Assembly: GCA_051294375.1 (NCBI GenBank)
Contig: CM119263.1
Location: 24,494,187-24,558,186, forward strand
Reading direction: 5' to 3'
Length of the DNA: 64,000 nt
From: Paraspadella gotoi
Taxonomy: Eukaryota > Animalia > Chaetognatha
Part shown: positions 41,184-54,300 of the stretch, piece after piece
Numbering within the stretch: the first letter of the stretch is position 1
How the letters are laid out: every line of letters begins with the position of its first letter
The notes under the pieces: generated by a model
Seen by the model: only the letters and a program-made list of their open reading frames with translations
What the model was told of the DNA's origin: nothing
Databases searched by the model: none
Position numbers and translations under genes: made by a program

Positions 41184-41553
41184 TCGGGTCGACCTTGGCG
41201 AACGTCAAACGAAAATGGAGGTCGAAAAGTCAAAACTCGGTTTTAACGGAAAAACGACCGCCGACAAGACCGACAAACTTTGTCGGCAAGACCGACAAAG
41301 AAAAGAAAAACAACGGAAACAAAACTCAGATGTGTACTAACTATATGTATATAAAATAAGATTGAAAATGAAATTTCATTAGTTTTTACAATACGTTGAA
41401 TCTTAATAATACGGGGAAATAGGCGCATATGCACATTATTGCATAATGATGCATAATGATAGTAAATTTCTAACCACTGCAGTATATATTATTATTTTTA
41501 TATTTTGTGTTTAAAACTTATTTCCTGTTTTCGTTTTATTAATGTTCCCCCCC

Positions 41554-41612
<59 letters not shown>

Positions 41613-43929
41613 CGACTCGGCTCCTGACACGCCCCTAACCCACGTCAACATAAACAACAATTTGAGACTGAGCTGTGACTAAGAATCCGTTGGTTGAGAC
41701 AAAGTGTCTGCGACACGGGTCACCCCCTGCCCCACCCTCCTCAACCCCGCTCCTCTTTCCCCACCCCACCCTTCGACTAATGCGCCCTCTCTTGTTTCAC
41801 CTCTTCCCGCCTCGCTTGTTTTTACAATGGAAATGAGGCCGATTTCGAACCGTTTTACCGAGGCTGGTTTCCGAGGGAGCCGAGCGAAGAGAGCGAAGGG
41901 TGTGAAGTGGGCCGGTTGCCGGTTGCCGGTTGCCGGGTGCCGGGTGCCGGGTGCAGGCCACGTCAGTGGCACCTGCTGGTCCCTTTTGCGTAAATCGGGA
42001 CTCGTTATCGTGCGGCGATTGTAAACTACTTTGCGTCTTTGGTCACGACAGGGGGAAATATTTATAGTTTGTACAGCTTTTTTAGAATTTGGACGAACTT
42101 TAGGCCCTAAATTAGGATGAAGTTAAAATGGTTTTATTTATTTCCTTTCGAATAATTCGACGCCCATTCTTCGGATTCTATGGTATTGGTCTCACAGTCC
42201 TAATGTAACTAATCATCACTACATTTAACCCTTTTTTCGAACTACCGACCCTGCTTAACGCTCTCTACTGTCCTTTCGCCCGGCGCAGAAGGAGAACGGG
42301 ATTGGGCAAGGCAGCGAGGCCTTCGCCGGCCAGTCATTAGCCTAATAGGGGTCAGTCGGAGCCCATATCGACAAACAGGCATTCCAGGGCCAAACTTCAG
42401 TTTAACTAATGACTTTCAAAGTCATTAGGACTTTTTTTTTCCCCTTTTCTCTATTGCTTTCTCTGTTTCTCTCTCTCTCTCTGCCCAGTGAGTGAGAGAA
42501 AAAAAAAAGGGGGGGGGAGTCGCCATTAGGAAAAAGGCCACCATTTGGCCGCAACCGATCTTTTTTTTTTTCTCGTCCTTTTCTTTCCTTTCTCTTTCTT
42601 TTGCCGCAAACGAAACTGGCAAAAACCAATTAACACTTTGACCACTTTTTTTTTCACCTTTGAACAGCTTTTTCCCTCTCACAAGGAAAAACAAGAAAAA
42701 AATTTGTTCAGTTTTTTTTTCTCGGTTTTTTTTTTTGTTGGTTGGCTTGCTAATTAATTTAAACGACTGAAAAACCTACCTGGTCAAGAATTCATCTTTG
42801 CCAATATGGCTACCTTTTAATTAAAAATTATATATTAAACGTGTTCTAATTCATATATGTTTCGAATCAAAGATGCCAGCTCTGGCGTCAGCTGAAGCAG
42901 GCGGTAGGCGCGTTCCTCAGACTGTCCCTCGGGATGAAGAGACCCTCAGTTTTAGTTTTCCCTCTGTATTAATTACTTGGACCTTTGGAAGCGAATCGTG
43001 GCATCTGGTGGGCGTGGTGGCGCCATTGCCCGGGGGCATCGGCGCCTCGAGGATTCGTGACGAGGCAAAAATTTGAATATGATTAAACTGTCGTTCCTAT
43101 CATAATGTTGCTTTTGCGTTGGATGACTCTCTTCTGCTGAGCCTTAGAGCCATATCCCATACGTATGTTAGATGTTATTTTATGTCGTTTTCGTTGTTTG
43201 AAATAACCAAAAAAAAAAAAAAAAAATAGTTTGGCTGCTGATGTGGTGGAGATATCCTCGGAGACAAAATTGATTCACTAATTTTGCAGCTTTTACGAAA
43301 AAGATTGATTGCTAATTCATATAGACATAATTTTCAAAACAAGCAAAGCTTTAGGAAGTTAAAGCAATTGAGATTCAAGAGATTATTGGTGCCAGTAAAT
43401 ATATATTATATATAGTTGATATCCATCATGTTTTGGTTCTGACAAACTCTGAATTCGTCTTTTCCGCCCGCGATCGACGTCTTCATCGTCACCAGGCCTC
43501 GTTTTGACCCGCCGCCGCCGCCTCCGCCGCCTCCGCCGCCGCCGCCGCCGCCCACCCCAACAAACGAGCGACGCTTCCATTATGCGCGTTTGGCCGCAAA
43601 GTGATGAGGCCAATCAGAACCGGCGGACGCCCGCGGCCGGACCTCCCGGGCCGGGCACCCGCGCAAGGACCCCTGCGCCTGATAAACTCGGATGACCAAA
43701 CCCAGAACAGACGCGTCCGAGAATCCCACGCCGCCGCCACTGACGCTACTCCTGCCGTTGTTTCCAGCAAAATTGTGATAATCGTGAATGCTCTTGTCAC
43801 TGTCATCGATAGAACTTTAAATTGGCATCAAAAGACGCGCAGTAGGGATAAAAAAGCCAAAGGAAATAAAATTAGCTTCTTGAAGTGGCTGGAAAAAGCG
43901 AAAAAAGAATTTCCAACATATAAATTATA

Positions 43930-44257
43930 ATAGAGAAGTAAAGAGAATCGAAATGACTTCCTAAAATAGAATAGAGAAATAAAGAGAAGCAAATGACTTC
44001 CAAAAATATAATAGAGAAGTAAAGAGAAGCAAATAACTTCCAAACATAGAATGGAGAAGTAAAGAGAAGCAAATGACTTCCCAACAAAGAACAGAGAAGT
44101 GATGAGAAGCAAATGACTTCCAAACATAGAATGGAGAAGTAAAGAGAAGCAAATGACTTCCCAACAAAAAACAGAGGAGAAAATGACTTCCCAACAAAGA
44201 ACAGAGAAGTAAAGAGAAGCAAATGACTTCCAAACATAGAATGGAGAAGTAAAGAGC
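43930..44257. repeat. 40-bp minisatellite, ~8 copies
   Basis: AAATGACTTC recurs at 43951, 43991, 44031 (variant), 44071, 44111, 44151, 44181 and 44221. Confidence 0.95.
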
Positions 44258-45122
44258 AGCAGGAGACATGAGACGGAATTTATAAACGATTTTTAGTAAA
44301 GGGGGAGCGAGGGAGTGCAGGCCGGGGTAGACTAGGGAGCCCAATGGGAATTCGGGCCCTAAATGACGACGACGACGACGACGACGACGACCGCGATGGC
44401 CAGTAATGAGTTTGGTCATCGGCCCTTCGGTATCCACATCGGTGGGCGAGGGACCGAGGGCCATCTACCATAATGGAGGAGAGAGTTTATGACGAAATTT
44501 TCGGCAATATAAACATATTTTTTTCACATTATCGCTGTTACATTTGCCAATATTAATTTAATTCAATCAGTTCAGGGTGAAGAGCGGACGAATTTCTAAT
44601 ATTTTCAGAAGGAGACTCGCACTCTGTGCCGAACGGTTAATTTTTAGGTGCATATGCTAATTGCTAATGGTTATGAAAATTTCAGCGCTTCTCGCCTCAT
44701 AGTTTCTTCCGCTGCAACTTCTTTTTATGCTTTGATAACGAGGAATACCTTAGGCTTAGGCGATGTACCGATGTTTTAATTTTAATTCGAACTTTGTATT
44801 TTTTCTTTCTTTATTTACATTTACATTTTTTGCCGATCCATATCGGACTTTCATAATTTTTTTCCTCTACCCCCGGTTAATTATTTTCTTCGTTCTTATT
44901 TCTCTCGAAGGCTTTGACACCGCGAAGGTTCCCCGGCGTTAATCGGCATTCTCCAGCGCGCCCCGGAGTTTTTTCGGCGCCCCAGGGTCGTCGGGATAAG
45001 CGGCGTTGACTCGCCGATGCTCGCGCCCCATTAGACGCCAAAACGAGGCGGTGACCTCAAGAGGGAAGGGCGACCCGGAAAAAGAACGCAACAACTCTCT
45101 CTTTTTCTTTTTTTTCCTCCCG

Positions 45123-45218
<96 letters not shown>

Positions 45219-45780
45219 CGTCTTCGTCGCTAAAAGGGCAGAAAATAATCGATTAATGAAGTGAGCTCCCGGGGTCTGACTGAGGCCAACGCTGGGGTCG
45301 AAGGTTCCGGACGAGAAATAACGGGGAGGCGAGGAGAGAGAGAGAGCAGAGAGAGAGAGAGAAGAGAGAGAGAGGAGAGAGGAAGGAGAAGAGAGAGAAG
45401 AGAGAGAGGTTATAGAAAATTATACAGTAATTTGCAGCGGGGCCAAGTATTATCCAGTAATTTTGAAATTCACAAATGCCACTTTAGGAGAGTCGCGATT
45501 AGGTCGAGGTAAAAGCGACTTTGAAAAGAAATAGGGAGAGAGGGAGAGAAAGAGGAAAACAGAGAGAGAGAGGCAACTTTAGACATTTTGGCGAAGCGTC
45601 GAGGCAGACGGAGAAAAGTGAGAGATAAACTTTATCATAAAGAGCAAAAAAAAAAAGAAAAGAAAAGAAAATGGAGAAAAGAAACTATTATAAAAAGAGG
45701 GAAGCGTAAATCCACTGTGGAATATTTAGAGAGATAAAGACGAAGAGCTTTTAGAGGGCAATCAACTGGAAAGGAGGATA

Positions 45781-45894
<114 letters not shown>

Positions 45895-46184
45895 GGCTGA
45901 AACTTAATCCAAAAGGAAGAGAGAGAAAGTTGATCCCTTTCCATTATGTAAACAATGAGCCGGATTTTAGAAAAGAAAAAAGGATATAATATAAAAAAAT
46001 TTTTAAAAAATCGTTTCGCATTTGAGCGACTTTCACCTCGCCCTATCAGCACAGCGCCCTCTCAGCGCCCAAATTCCATACACTGCAGAGCCGAGGCTAA
46101 AAGATGTTCCATTTATCGGCATTTCTACATATGAAAAAATTAACAAGCAATTATAGAAACGGCATAATTTTGTTTGACTCTAGA

Positions 46185-46265
46185 CTTTACTTTACTTTAC
46201 TTTACTTTACTTTACTTTACTTTACTTTACTTTACTTTACTTTACTTTACTTTACTTTACTTTAC
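46185..46265. repeat. (CTTTA)n microsatellite followed by (GTC)n
   Basis: Seen directly. Confidence 0.95.
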
Positions 46266-46286
46266 ATTTTACGAAAAACAAGCTAT

Positions 46287-46324
<38 letters not shown>

Positions 46325-46629
46325 AATCTTCTAAGAGAAAGAAGACGGAGTAGCTCGATTCCCTCGCCAACGCGATTCGCGTACCAGCCGCAGCCTTCCC
46401 ATCGGCAGCCGCGGCAGCAGCGGCAGGATTCGGACGTTGGTCAGTAGCTAAAAATCGCGGAGGCATCGAGGGCGAGAACTAATGAGGAAGGGGCGGAGAC
46501 GCTGGCTGACGCGTGACCATGGAAACGAAAAAGAAACGGAGGAAGCGGGGGAGGAAGAGAAAGGTTAGAGATCGAAAGAAAAAGAGGAAAGTCTCAAAGA
46601 GAATATGGAGAAAAAGAGAGATATAAGAA

Positions 46630-46706
<77 letters not shown>

Positions 46707-47699
46707 GCCCTCCTCTCTCTCTTCTCACGTCTCAATTCTCTCTCTCTCTCTAACAAACAAGGAAAAAAAATGTCGAAACAAAGGATTTCTTAATCCTCAT
46801 CTATGACGACGACGACGACAGAAGACCTCGAAGACCTTTTGTTTGCTTTAGCCTTCTTTGGCCCCATTACCATATTTGGGGGTCGAACGGCGAATTACGT
46901 CCATAAGCGACCCACGGGCCGGTCGCCGGTCGCCGTTCGGCCGGAGACGGGAGAAAGAAGTTGCATAATTGGACCAAGGTCGGATTAATGAGTTTGTGTC
47001 GATTGAGTGAGACGACGACGTAGCCTAACAAGTCGTGATTCGGTTCACACAAAAACGAGACGAAGATCTTTGAGACAAGATGGCCGGACATGGACAGCTA
47101 ACATTAATCAATCGAATAATATTAACGAGAAAGAACGCTTAGAGTGAAGAGTCCTTGGGCCTTGGCTTTGAGTTGACATTACAACGCGATCAAAAAGAGG
47201 TTGTTGAAACTAAAAAATAATTCTTGCAAATTAAAGTGAAGAGAAGAAACATATTTCTACTAGAATGTTATGTAAAACAACGGAAATTAATTAAAAATAA
47301 TGTCTTACTTATTCTTATTTCTTACTTAAACGACTTTTCAGCATCGATAATGACAATCGTTTGTCAGTCTGCCTTCCTATCCACCTCCACAGTCAAGCCA
47401 ATGCGTGCGTCGTTGCTGCTTCCCCAAACTTCTTTCCATCGACCATCGACACGCCCCCCACCCCGGTCCCCCCCCATCTCAACCCCTCCAGCCGCCTTTC
47501 CGCTTCCACCGGAAGACGTTTCTCTTCGCTCGGCGATGATTTGTGTCACCAACTTTCCAACTTCCCCGTTAATGGAACGGAAAATAGAGTCATTCTCATT
47601 CTCTCTCCTCCGCCGCCGCCGAAACCGAAGAATGGAATTCCTTCCTTTTTCAAAAAAGAAGACTTACCATTAAGGAAACGGCGAGGCGAGTTGGGTTTC

Positions 47700-47752
<53 letters not shown>

Positions 47753-47999
47753 GTCTCCGTTTCATAACGATTATCACTATGTTCACTAATCTTCAAAACT
47801 TTACTCAAATACTTTCGTCTAAAGTACGAAACTGAAACGGGTAATTTTAGTATTTTAATTAAGCTATATTTGATATAATTAATAATTTATTACGTTACAA
47901 AGCTATATGAACAAATTTCAAAAGTTTTCACAAAACAAAACTTTGTAACAAACCGCCATCGATGTTCAGAACAACTTGGCCCGACATTACTCGTCCCAT

Positions 48000-48269
48000 T
48001 TAATTTGATTCCAGCTGAGGGAACACCGCCTCCAAAGTTCGTTTCTTTAAACTGAAGACGCTCTTCGGTCCGGAGTTTTTGTCGTTGAGGAAGACTTCCT
48101 CGTCGTCGACGGTGTCCACCTCCTCGTCAATCTCGTCGAGAAATATGTCGGAGGTGGGGTTGTTGAACATATCGAATCGTTTGTCCTCGACCAACTCCTG
48201 GAACATCTTGTCCACGATCAAGGGCAGGCCGTTCGAGCAGGAGTTGCCTTTCGACGATACGGGAGATTC
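48000..48269 (-). CDS. Guanylyl cyclase terminal exon (acidic 89-aa tail)
   Basis: TACAG|GAA acceptor in phase 0; open for 270 nt to TAA at 48000. Confidence 0.8.
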   Translation of the reverse strand, partial: ESPVSSKGNSCSNGLPLIVDKMFQELVEDKRFDMFNNPTSDIFLDEIDEEVDTVDDEEVFLNDKNSGPKSVFSLKKRTLEAVFPQLESN

Positions 48270-51242
48270 CTGTACATGAAGGGATTTTTCCTTTCTTTTT
48301 TCAAATGATCAAACTGTGGCAACAGCCGGGTTGCCTGTGAAGCCCATCGGGATGGGGCATCTCACAGTTGGCTTTGGGGGCTTCCCGCAGAGACGCCTCC
48401 AGTCACTGGCGCGGTTACCCTAGGACGGTCTCGCTTTGCCAACACAGAGGGAAGTCGTTAGGACTGTGGATGGAACACTACGCCACAAAACATCCTTTTT
48501 TCCTTGGCCCAATATTAGACGAGCATTGAGCATTGCTACTCTCCCCATAGCCTAGAAACACAACAAATGAAACATAGCCGGTCAAATGTCATAAAGCAAT
48601 CCGCCATACTATGCTATGGCCCATAGCAAATCTTATAATCTTATAGCAAATTATAATATGGTTTGTAACAGCAGATGTACACTAACTAAATGGGTTTGAA
48701 CTTAAACTGCCACGAATCACCCAGGCCGCCAAACTGGGACTTTACCACATTTCCCCCCCACACTCGAACACACTCGACCTTAAGGGCGGAATGCCTGTAA
48801 TCCAACCAATATGTAAAGCGCGACCCGATCCCCTTGACGTGGACGAGTCCTCGTGGTTGAATCTCCAATCGCGGATCGTCTTTAATTTTCTCCTTCGTTT
48901 CCTCCGATATTTGAATCATCATTGCTTCCCCCGTGCTCTCCATGCGAGAGGCCAGATTCATGGTCTCCCCAATGTAAGTGTACTTGGGCACTACGCTGCC
49001 CAGGAGACCCGCGACGACGGTGCCCGAGTGAATCCCGAAGCGCATGGGGATCTCCTGATCGGAGAATCGCACCCAATCAAAATCCTTGACCACTTTCCGC
49101 ATGAAGAGCGCCAACAGAGCCAGATACGCGTGAGGATTTTCGCTGAGGCGAAGGTCCATCGGTCTCGTGGATACGATGTACATGTCGCCGATGGTCTCCA
49201 TCTTGTAGAGCCGTTTGGAGAAGAAGGAGACGACGGTGTCGAAATCGCCGAAGAGTTTGTTCAGCATCGGAACCAACCGGTCGGTCGGAATCGAACTCGT
49301 CAGCGGCGTGATGTTGTAGATCTTCGCGTACAGGATGCTCACGTTATCGAAAGTCACCGACGGGACGGGCCTGCTCTCGAGGAGCAAGTTGGCCACGTTC
49401 TCTGGCAGCATTTCGTTGAGCAAGAACTCCATTTTGTTCTGCTCCTTCCGTATGTCCTCCGTCTGAACTTTGATCTGCTCCTCCAAGGCCGCGTTGTAGT
49501 GCTTGAGTCGGTCCAGGAGGGAATTCTTGGTGCAGCCGAAGACGTCGACGCGTCCCACGACGTCGAGAACCTTTTTGATAGAGGGGCGTATCTCGGGCCG
49601 CTCCGCCCAACATTGCTCCGCCAAATTCATGATTAGGCGGACTTTGTTGGGAACGTTGACGAGCTTATTGAAGACGGGTCGAAAGACTGGATCGGTGGGT
49701 TCCTCGATTTTTTTAATTTTCTGTTCGTCGGTGACTTCGGAATAGCTTCCCGAGTAATACGTCTCCTCTTGTTGAAACAGCTCGTGGAGGATGATGCCGT
49801 AGCTGTACACGTCTCCTGTATTTTTTTGAAATGGGGCACTCGTTTGGCATAATTTCTTGTTTCAGTATTTTAATTTTTTAGATTTTTGTAATAATAAATA
49901 TATATATATATGGTTTTATTGATTTTATTTTTTAGTTTTATTTATATTTTTTAATTTATCACTTTTTATTTATCTAAAGATAGCAATATCTATCCATAGA
50001 GTATTGGTATTGCCATGTCATTCATCACTCCTGTTAGAAATAGACACATAATTTAAAACTTTAAAAAATCGTACTTTGTAATACTCAGACTTAGAGGAAA
50101 ATTATTTGAATAATAATATTGTGCAATTCCTCTCGACTTCAGCAACGAGATTTTAAAATCTCGTTGCTGAAGTCTAAAAAACTTTTCGTTTTACTTCAAA
50201 TTGAATAATAATATAATAAATAAATAAATGTATAAATAAATAACTAATAAATTCGCTTGGCAAGAAAGCTAGTAGGGTAAGATTAAAAGGGTATTCAAAA
50301 TATATATTTACCTTCAAAAGTTCCTTTCGGAAAGGGAACGGGCCTCACGTGTCTGACCCTGAGAAGCTCGGGCGCAACCCACAGCAATCGTTTGTCGTAT
50401 CGCTTGGCCACCAATTTCTTCCCGCTTTTCTTCTCTTTCGAGTGAGTCCAATCCTGATCGTCCAAATCCGCGGGATCCCACCAGGGCGTTTCCAACTGGT
50501 GCGGAGCGAATCCGGATAATCGAACCAAGAATCTGCTGTTTATCAAACAGTTCGTCGATCTCAGTTTTCCGTGAGGAGTTTTCACGTAATTGTGAAGATA
50601 ATTCAAAGCTTTGGCCACGTCCAAGCTCATGGACAATCGAAAATCGGAATCGGGCTCGTAAGAAGCGTTGTTGAGAGCGTCCCATATGCTTCCTCTCGGG
50701 CAATACTCGGTGATGATGAAGTACGGAGAATGTTCGACGAACACTCCCACGAAGGGAACTATGAAATCCGACGAAAACTCTTTGACTTGAGCGATGTCTT
50801 TTAATTTTACGATTTCCATGCTTTTCTTCAGCTTTGGCCTCTCCTTTAGAGCCACCTTTTGATACATGAATGAATGAATGAATGAATAAAGGAATGAATA
50901 AATAAATGAATGAAGAAATGAATGAAGGAATGAATGAATGAAGGAATGAATGAAGGAATGAATGAATGAAGGAATGAATGAATGAAGGAATGAATGAAGG
51001 AATGAATGAATGAATGAATGAATGAATGAAGGAATGAATGAATGAATGAATGAAGGAATGAATGAATGAAAGAATGAATGAATGAATGAATAAATGAATG
51101 AATGAATGAATGAAGGAATTATTGAATGAATGAATGAATGATGGAATGAATGAATGAATGAATGAATGAATGAATGAATGAATGAATGAATGAATGAATA
51201 ACATTAAAATATATAATTGTCAAATCATGACTAAATAAACAA

Positions 51243-51304
<62 letters not shown>

Positions 51305-54300
51305 CCGTATCTTTTCAGCGCCAAAGAGTCTCTCTTGCAACAATTCAATTCTTCCCAACGCCAGTTTCGAAACGATCCTTACCTTGACATTATTGTAAAC
51401 CGCAGTGGCGACGAAGTCGCCTTCGCCCTCCGGCTGCGGAGAGGCGTTGACCGACATGCTCCAAGTTTGTCGCTCGAACAAGTCGAGGCCGAGATCCCTC
51501 TGGGTCGACTTCGCGCTCTTCGATCGCGGCCAAAAGTTGACCTTTTTGAGGGCGTTGCTCGGGATGACCCAAACGATTTTCTTGCGTTGGCCCCGTTCAC
51601 GAAAAATCGAGAGGACGACGACGAAGACGAAGAAGACGACGAGGATCGTCGTCAAGCAATACTTCCACGCCGGGCAGTTGGCGTCGCCGATGCCGCAAAC
51701 CGGTCGGTCGGGCGGCCACTTGGATAGATGGTTGAAAAAGCCTCGACTCTTCCAAAGCGAGAACGGGATGGAAGAGTTCACGAGCTGACGGCGGAATGGA
51801 TGTTGATCGTCCCGAAGGACAGGCAGCATCTTGAAGCGGATGGAGACCCGGAATTCGTCCTCGAATCTGTCATACGCCATCAGGACGAGATCGTCCACTA
51901 CGTCTCCGTTACTCGTCACCATCGTCGTCGATTCGTCCTCGTGGGTCGTCACAGTTTTCGTTTTCAAAGGGTGGGTCCCACTCTCGGATCCGTTATGCTA
52001 AACAGCGAAATGACAGGGGAATCTAATCAGGAGATTGATTTGCAACGGATTTAGTTATTTTTTTTTTGTTTTGTTTTTTTTTGTGACGGTTCAATCATGA
52101 TTATTGGGTGACCGCGATAAAGACTGGACTTAATAAAGAAAGTACCCAGAATACGTCGAAAAAACTCATATGTCAACACTAATAATTTATGCGTAATTTT
52201 TCAAAGGAAGTTACCGTTGGTGTAAAATAAAAAAAATCTCCCGCAATTTGATGGAACCAAGCTCCGAATTGAAGGTCGTGACCTGAAAAAAAAAAAAAAA
52301 ACCAAAAACAAAAACCAAAAAAATAACTGGAACGTTTCGTACGTTAAACTTTTTGGACTTTTTCTACTAGCGTTAAAAAAACACAATGATGGTAAATAAC
52401 ATCAATAGACAGACAAGACTCAAACATGACAATACCGACATGATGAAAATGAACAACATGACTTAGACCTATCTACTCAATTGAATTTACCGTTATACTT
52501 TTCCGTGCGCCTCTCTATCTCTAAATCGTACTGGCTCCAAAATAGAGCGAATGCGCAGACGAAGTTGGCGCTCTCCTGCGCGTACCAGGACCATCCTTCC
52601 AAGTTTCCCTTGCGTTTGCTGTACGATCGCGGGTCGTAGGTGACGTGCATAAAGTTTCCGTACTTTTCCAAGTGGGCTTGTCGATCCAGGTAATTTGTGT
52701 AATTTGTAATGACATACTTCTCCCAGGGGTAGACGATGTTAAGGTTGTCACGTGCGATTAGCACGTCGATGAAGACGTACTCTCCGCGATCCATAAAGCC
52801 GGCCTCCAAGGCCACGTCGAGGACCATGTCCGTAAAGTTCGGAAATCCGCAGATGAAAATGACGCCGTACTCGGCGCCGACGAAATTCCCGTCGAGAAGC
52901 GTCCTCTTTATATTTTTATTTAGAGGTTCGTTTAAGGCCGAATTGCTCATTTTCAGCTTGTAATTATTTGCCCGAGCGATTTCCCCGGTATCTTTAAAGA
53001 TTTCTAGGCATTGATTGAAGAAGACGTACTTGTCTTTCACCCGCGCGTACTTCTCCAACTCTTCCGGAAAGAGAAAAGCGGCCCGGTGCCACTCGAATCT
53101 TTTCAGGATGTCGAACACGATCCGGGCCATGTTGTTGTTGCCGGGAAGGAGGTTGAAGCAGCGGGGGCAGCCGATTGGCTCGTTGGAACGAGGGCGTCCG
53201 CAGTCCGGCGTCGAGGATACGAGAATCCCATCGTCGTCGCCGAAATCACGTTAGGGTCGAGGAGGTTGAGTTCGCGAGCGCCGCCGACTCCACCAGGGGC
53301 CAACGACTGGCTGGGATCACTATCTGGCAATTAACACAACCGTCATGTTTTCCGTACCAGGGATTCTTGAGGAGACGACCTGCTCGAGGAGGAAGGGGAC
53401 TGAAGTCTAGAAAAATAAGAAAACTAAGAAACTAAGTTTATAACGAAATAATGATGATTTTTGTCCCGAATCAGAGATTTTAGCCTAACTCATTTAATTA
53501 AAAAAATAAAATAAAATAAATTTAAAGCAGTGCTGACCTTTGGGGCGGGTTGCCAAAGATTCGGTGAACGTATGCGCTGTCCCAGGTCAAGCAGAGTCTC
53601 TTATGATTGACCAAGAGCGTTTTTTCTGTTTGTAAGATAGTATTTCTGGGAGAAGTTGACCGCGCGGCCGCGCAACTGAACGAGGTTTTTTAGTTGTTGT
53701 TAGTTGTTACAACTGCGGTTATAAAAATTTCTAATTTTATGCAAGCTTTAAGTTTAACTTTTAAAATGGATAAGAGATAAGAGAAGAGAAGAGATTGATA
53801 ATCTTCTTATAATAATTTATACTATGTGCTATGGGGGCACGAATAAAACGAAACTTGGAAAAAAACATTATACCATGATCGAAAACAAAAAATTGTCATT
53901 GTCTTTTGGCCGGTAAATAAAAAGATTCTTTCTCAAAAGTTATAAAAATATTTAATGCATACAAAAATAAATACTTATAAAAGAGGTTGTCTCTACCTGT
54001 TTTCCCTACCTATTATTGTTAATATTAATTATTATATCTCTTAGTCTTACATGATGTTTCTTATCTGATTTGGGGCAAAAAAAATAGTTCTGGCAAGCAG
54101 TTAAAAAGATTGATCCTTATAAAGTAAACCCAGGCTTATGTTGTTGCTGCATAATGTGTATTAGTAGAAATGGAAAAAGATAAAAAAAGAAGGAAGCTTT
54201 TTTTTGACAACTAATTTTCTTTTGTATGGAACTATTGTATTTTTGTCGTTATCTTGTAAGAGTGATGGAGGCCTTAAACCACCAAAGCCTGTCCAAAGTC

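Noticed and set aside
38950-42240. piggyBac-like TTAACCCTTT ends at ~38950 and ~42225
   Set aside because: Both are in the same orientation; no matching opposite terminus or transposase
43601-43682. C/D box snoRNA (GTGATGA...CTGA) and U6-like words
   Set aside because: No terminal stem, no recognisable guide, and the U6-like fragments are short and not colinear
43930-44257. CRISPR-like repeat/spacer appearance
   Set aside because: Variable parts are only ~12 nt and themselves repeat; eukaryotic context with no cas genes; it is a minisatellite
48791-49636. 281-aa plus-strand ORF
   Set aside because: Antisense shadow of the GC3-rich cyclase exon
50314-51204. 296-aa FIHS-repeat ORF
   Set aside because: Translation of the intronic (TTCA)n array running out of frame into a real exon
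53130-53675. Cyclase as a pseudogene because of ectodomain frameshifts
   Set aside because: Indels are confined to one stretch, and the nearby repeat copy at 54.3-54.7 kb shows the same 1-nt indel noise; downstream exons are clean, so read error is more likely (needs polishing to confirm)
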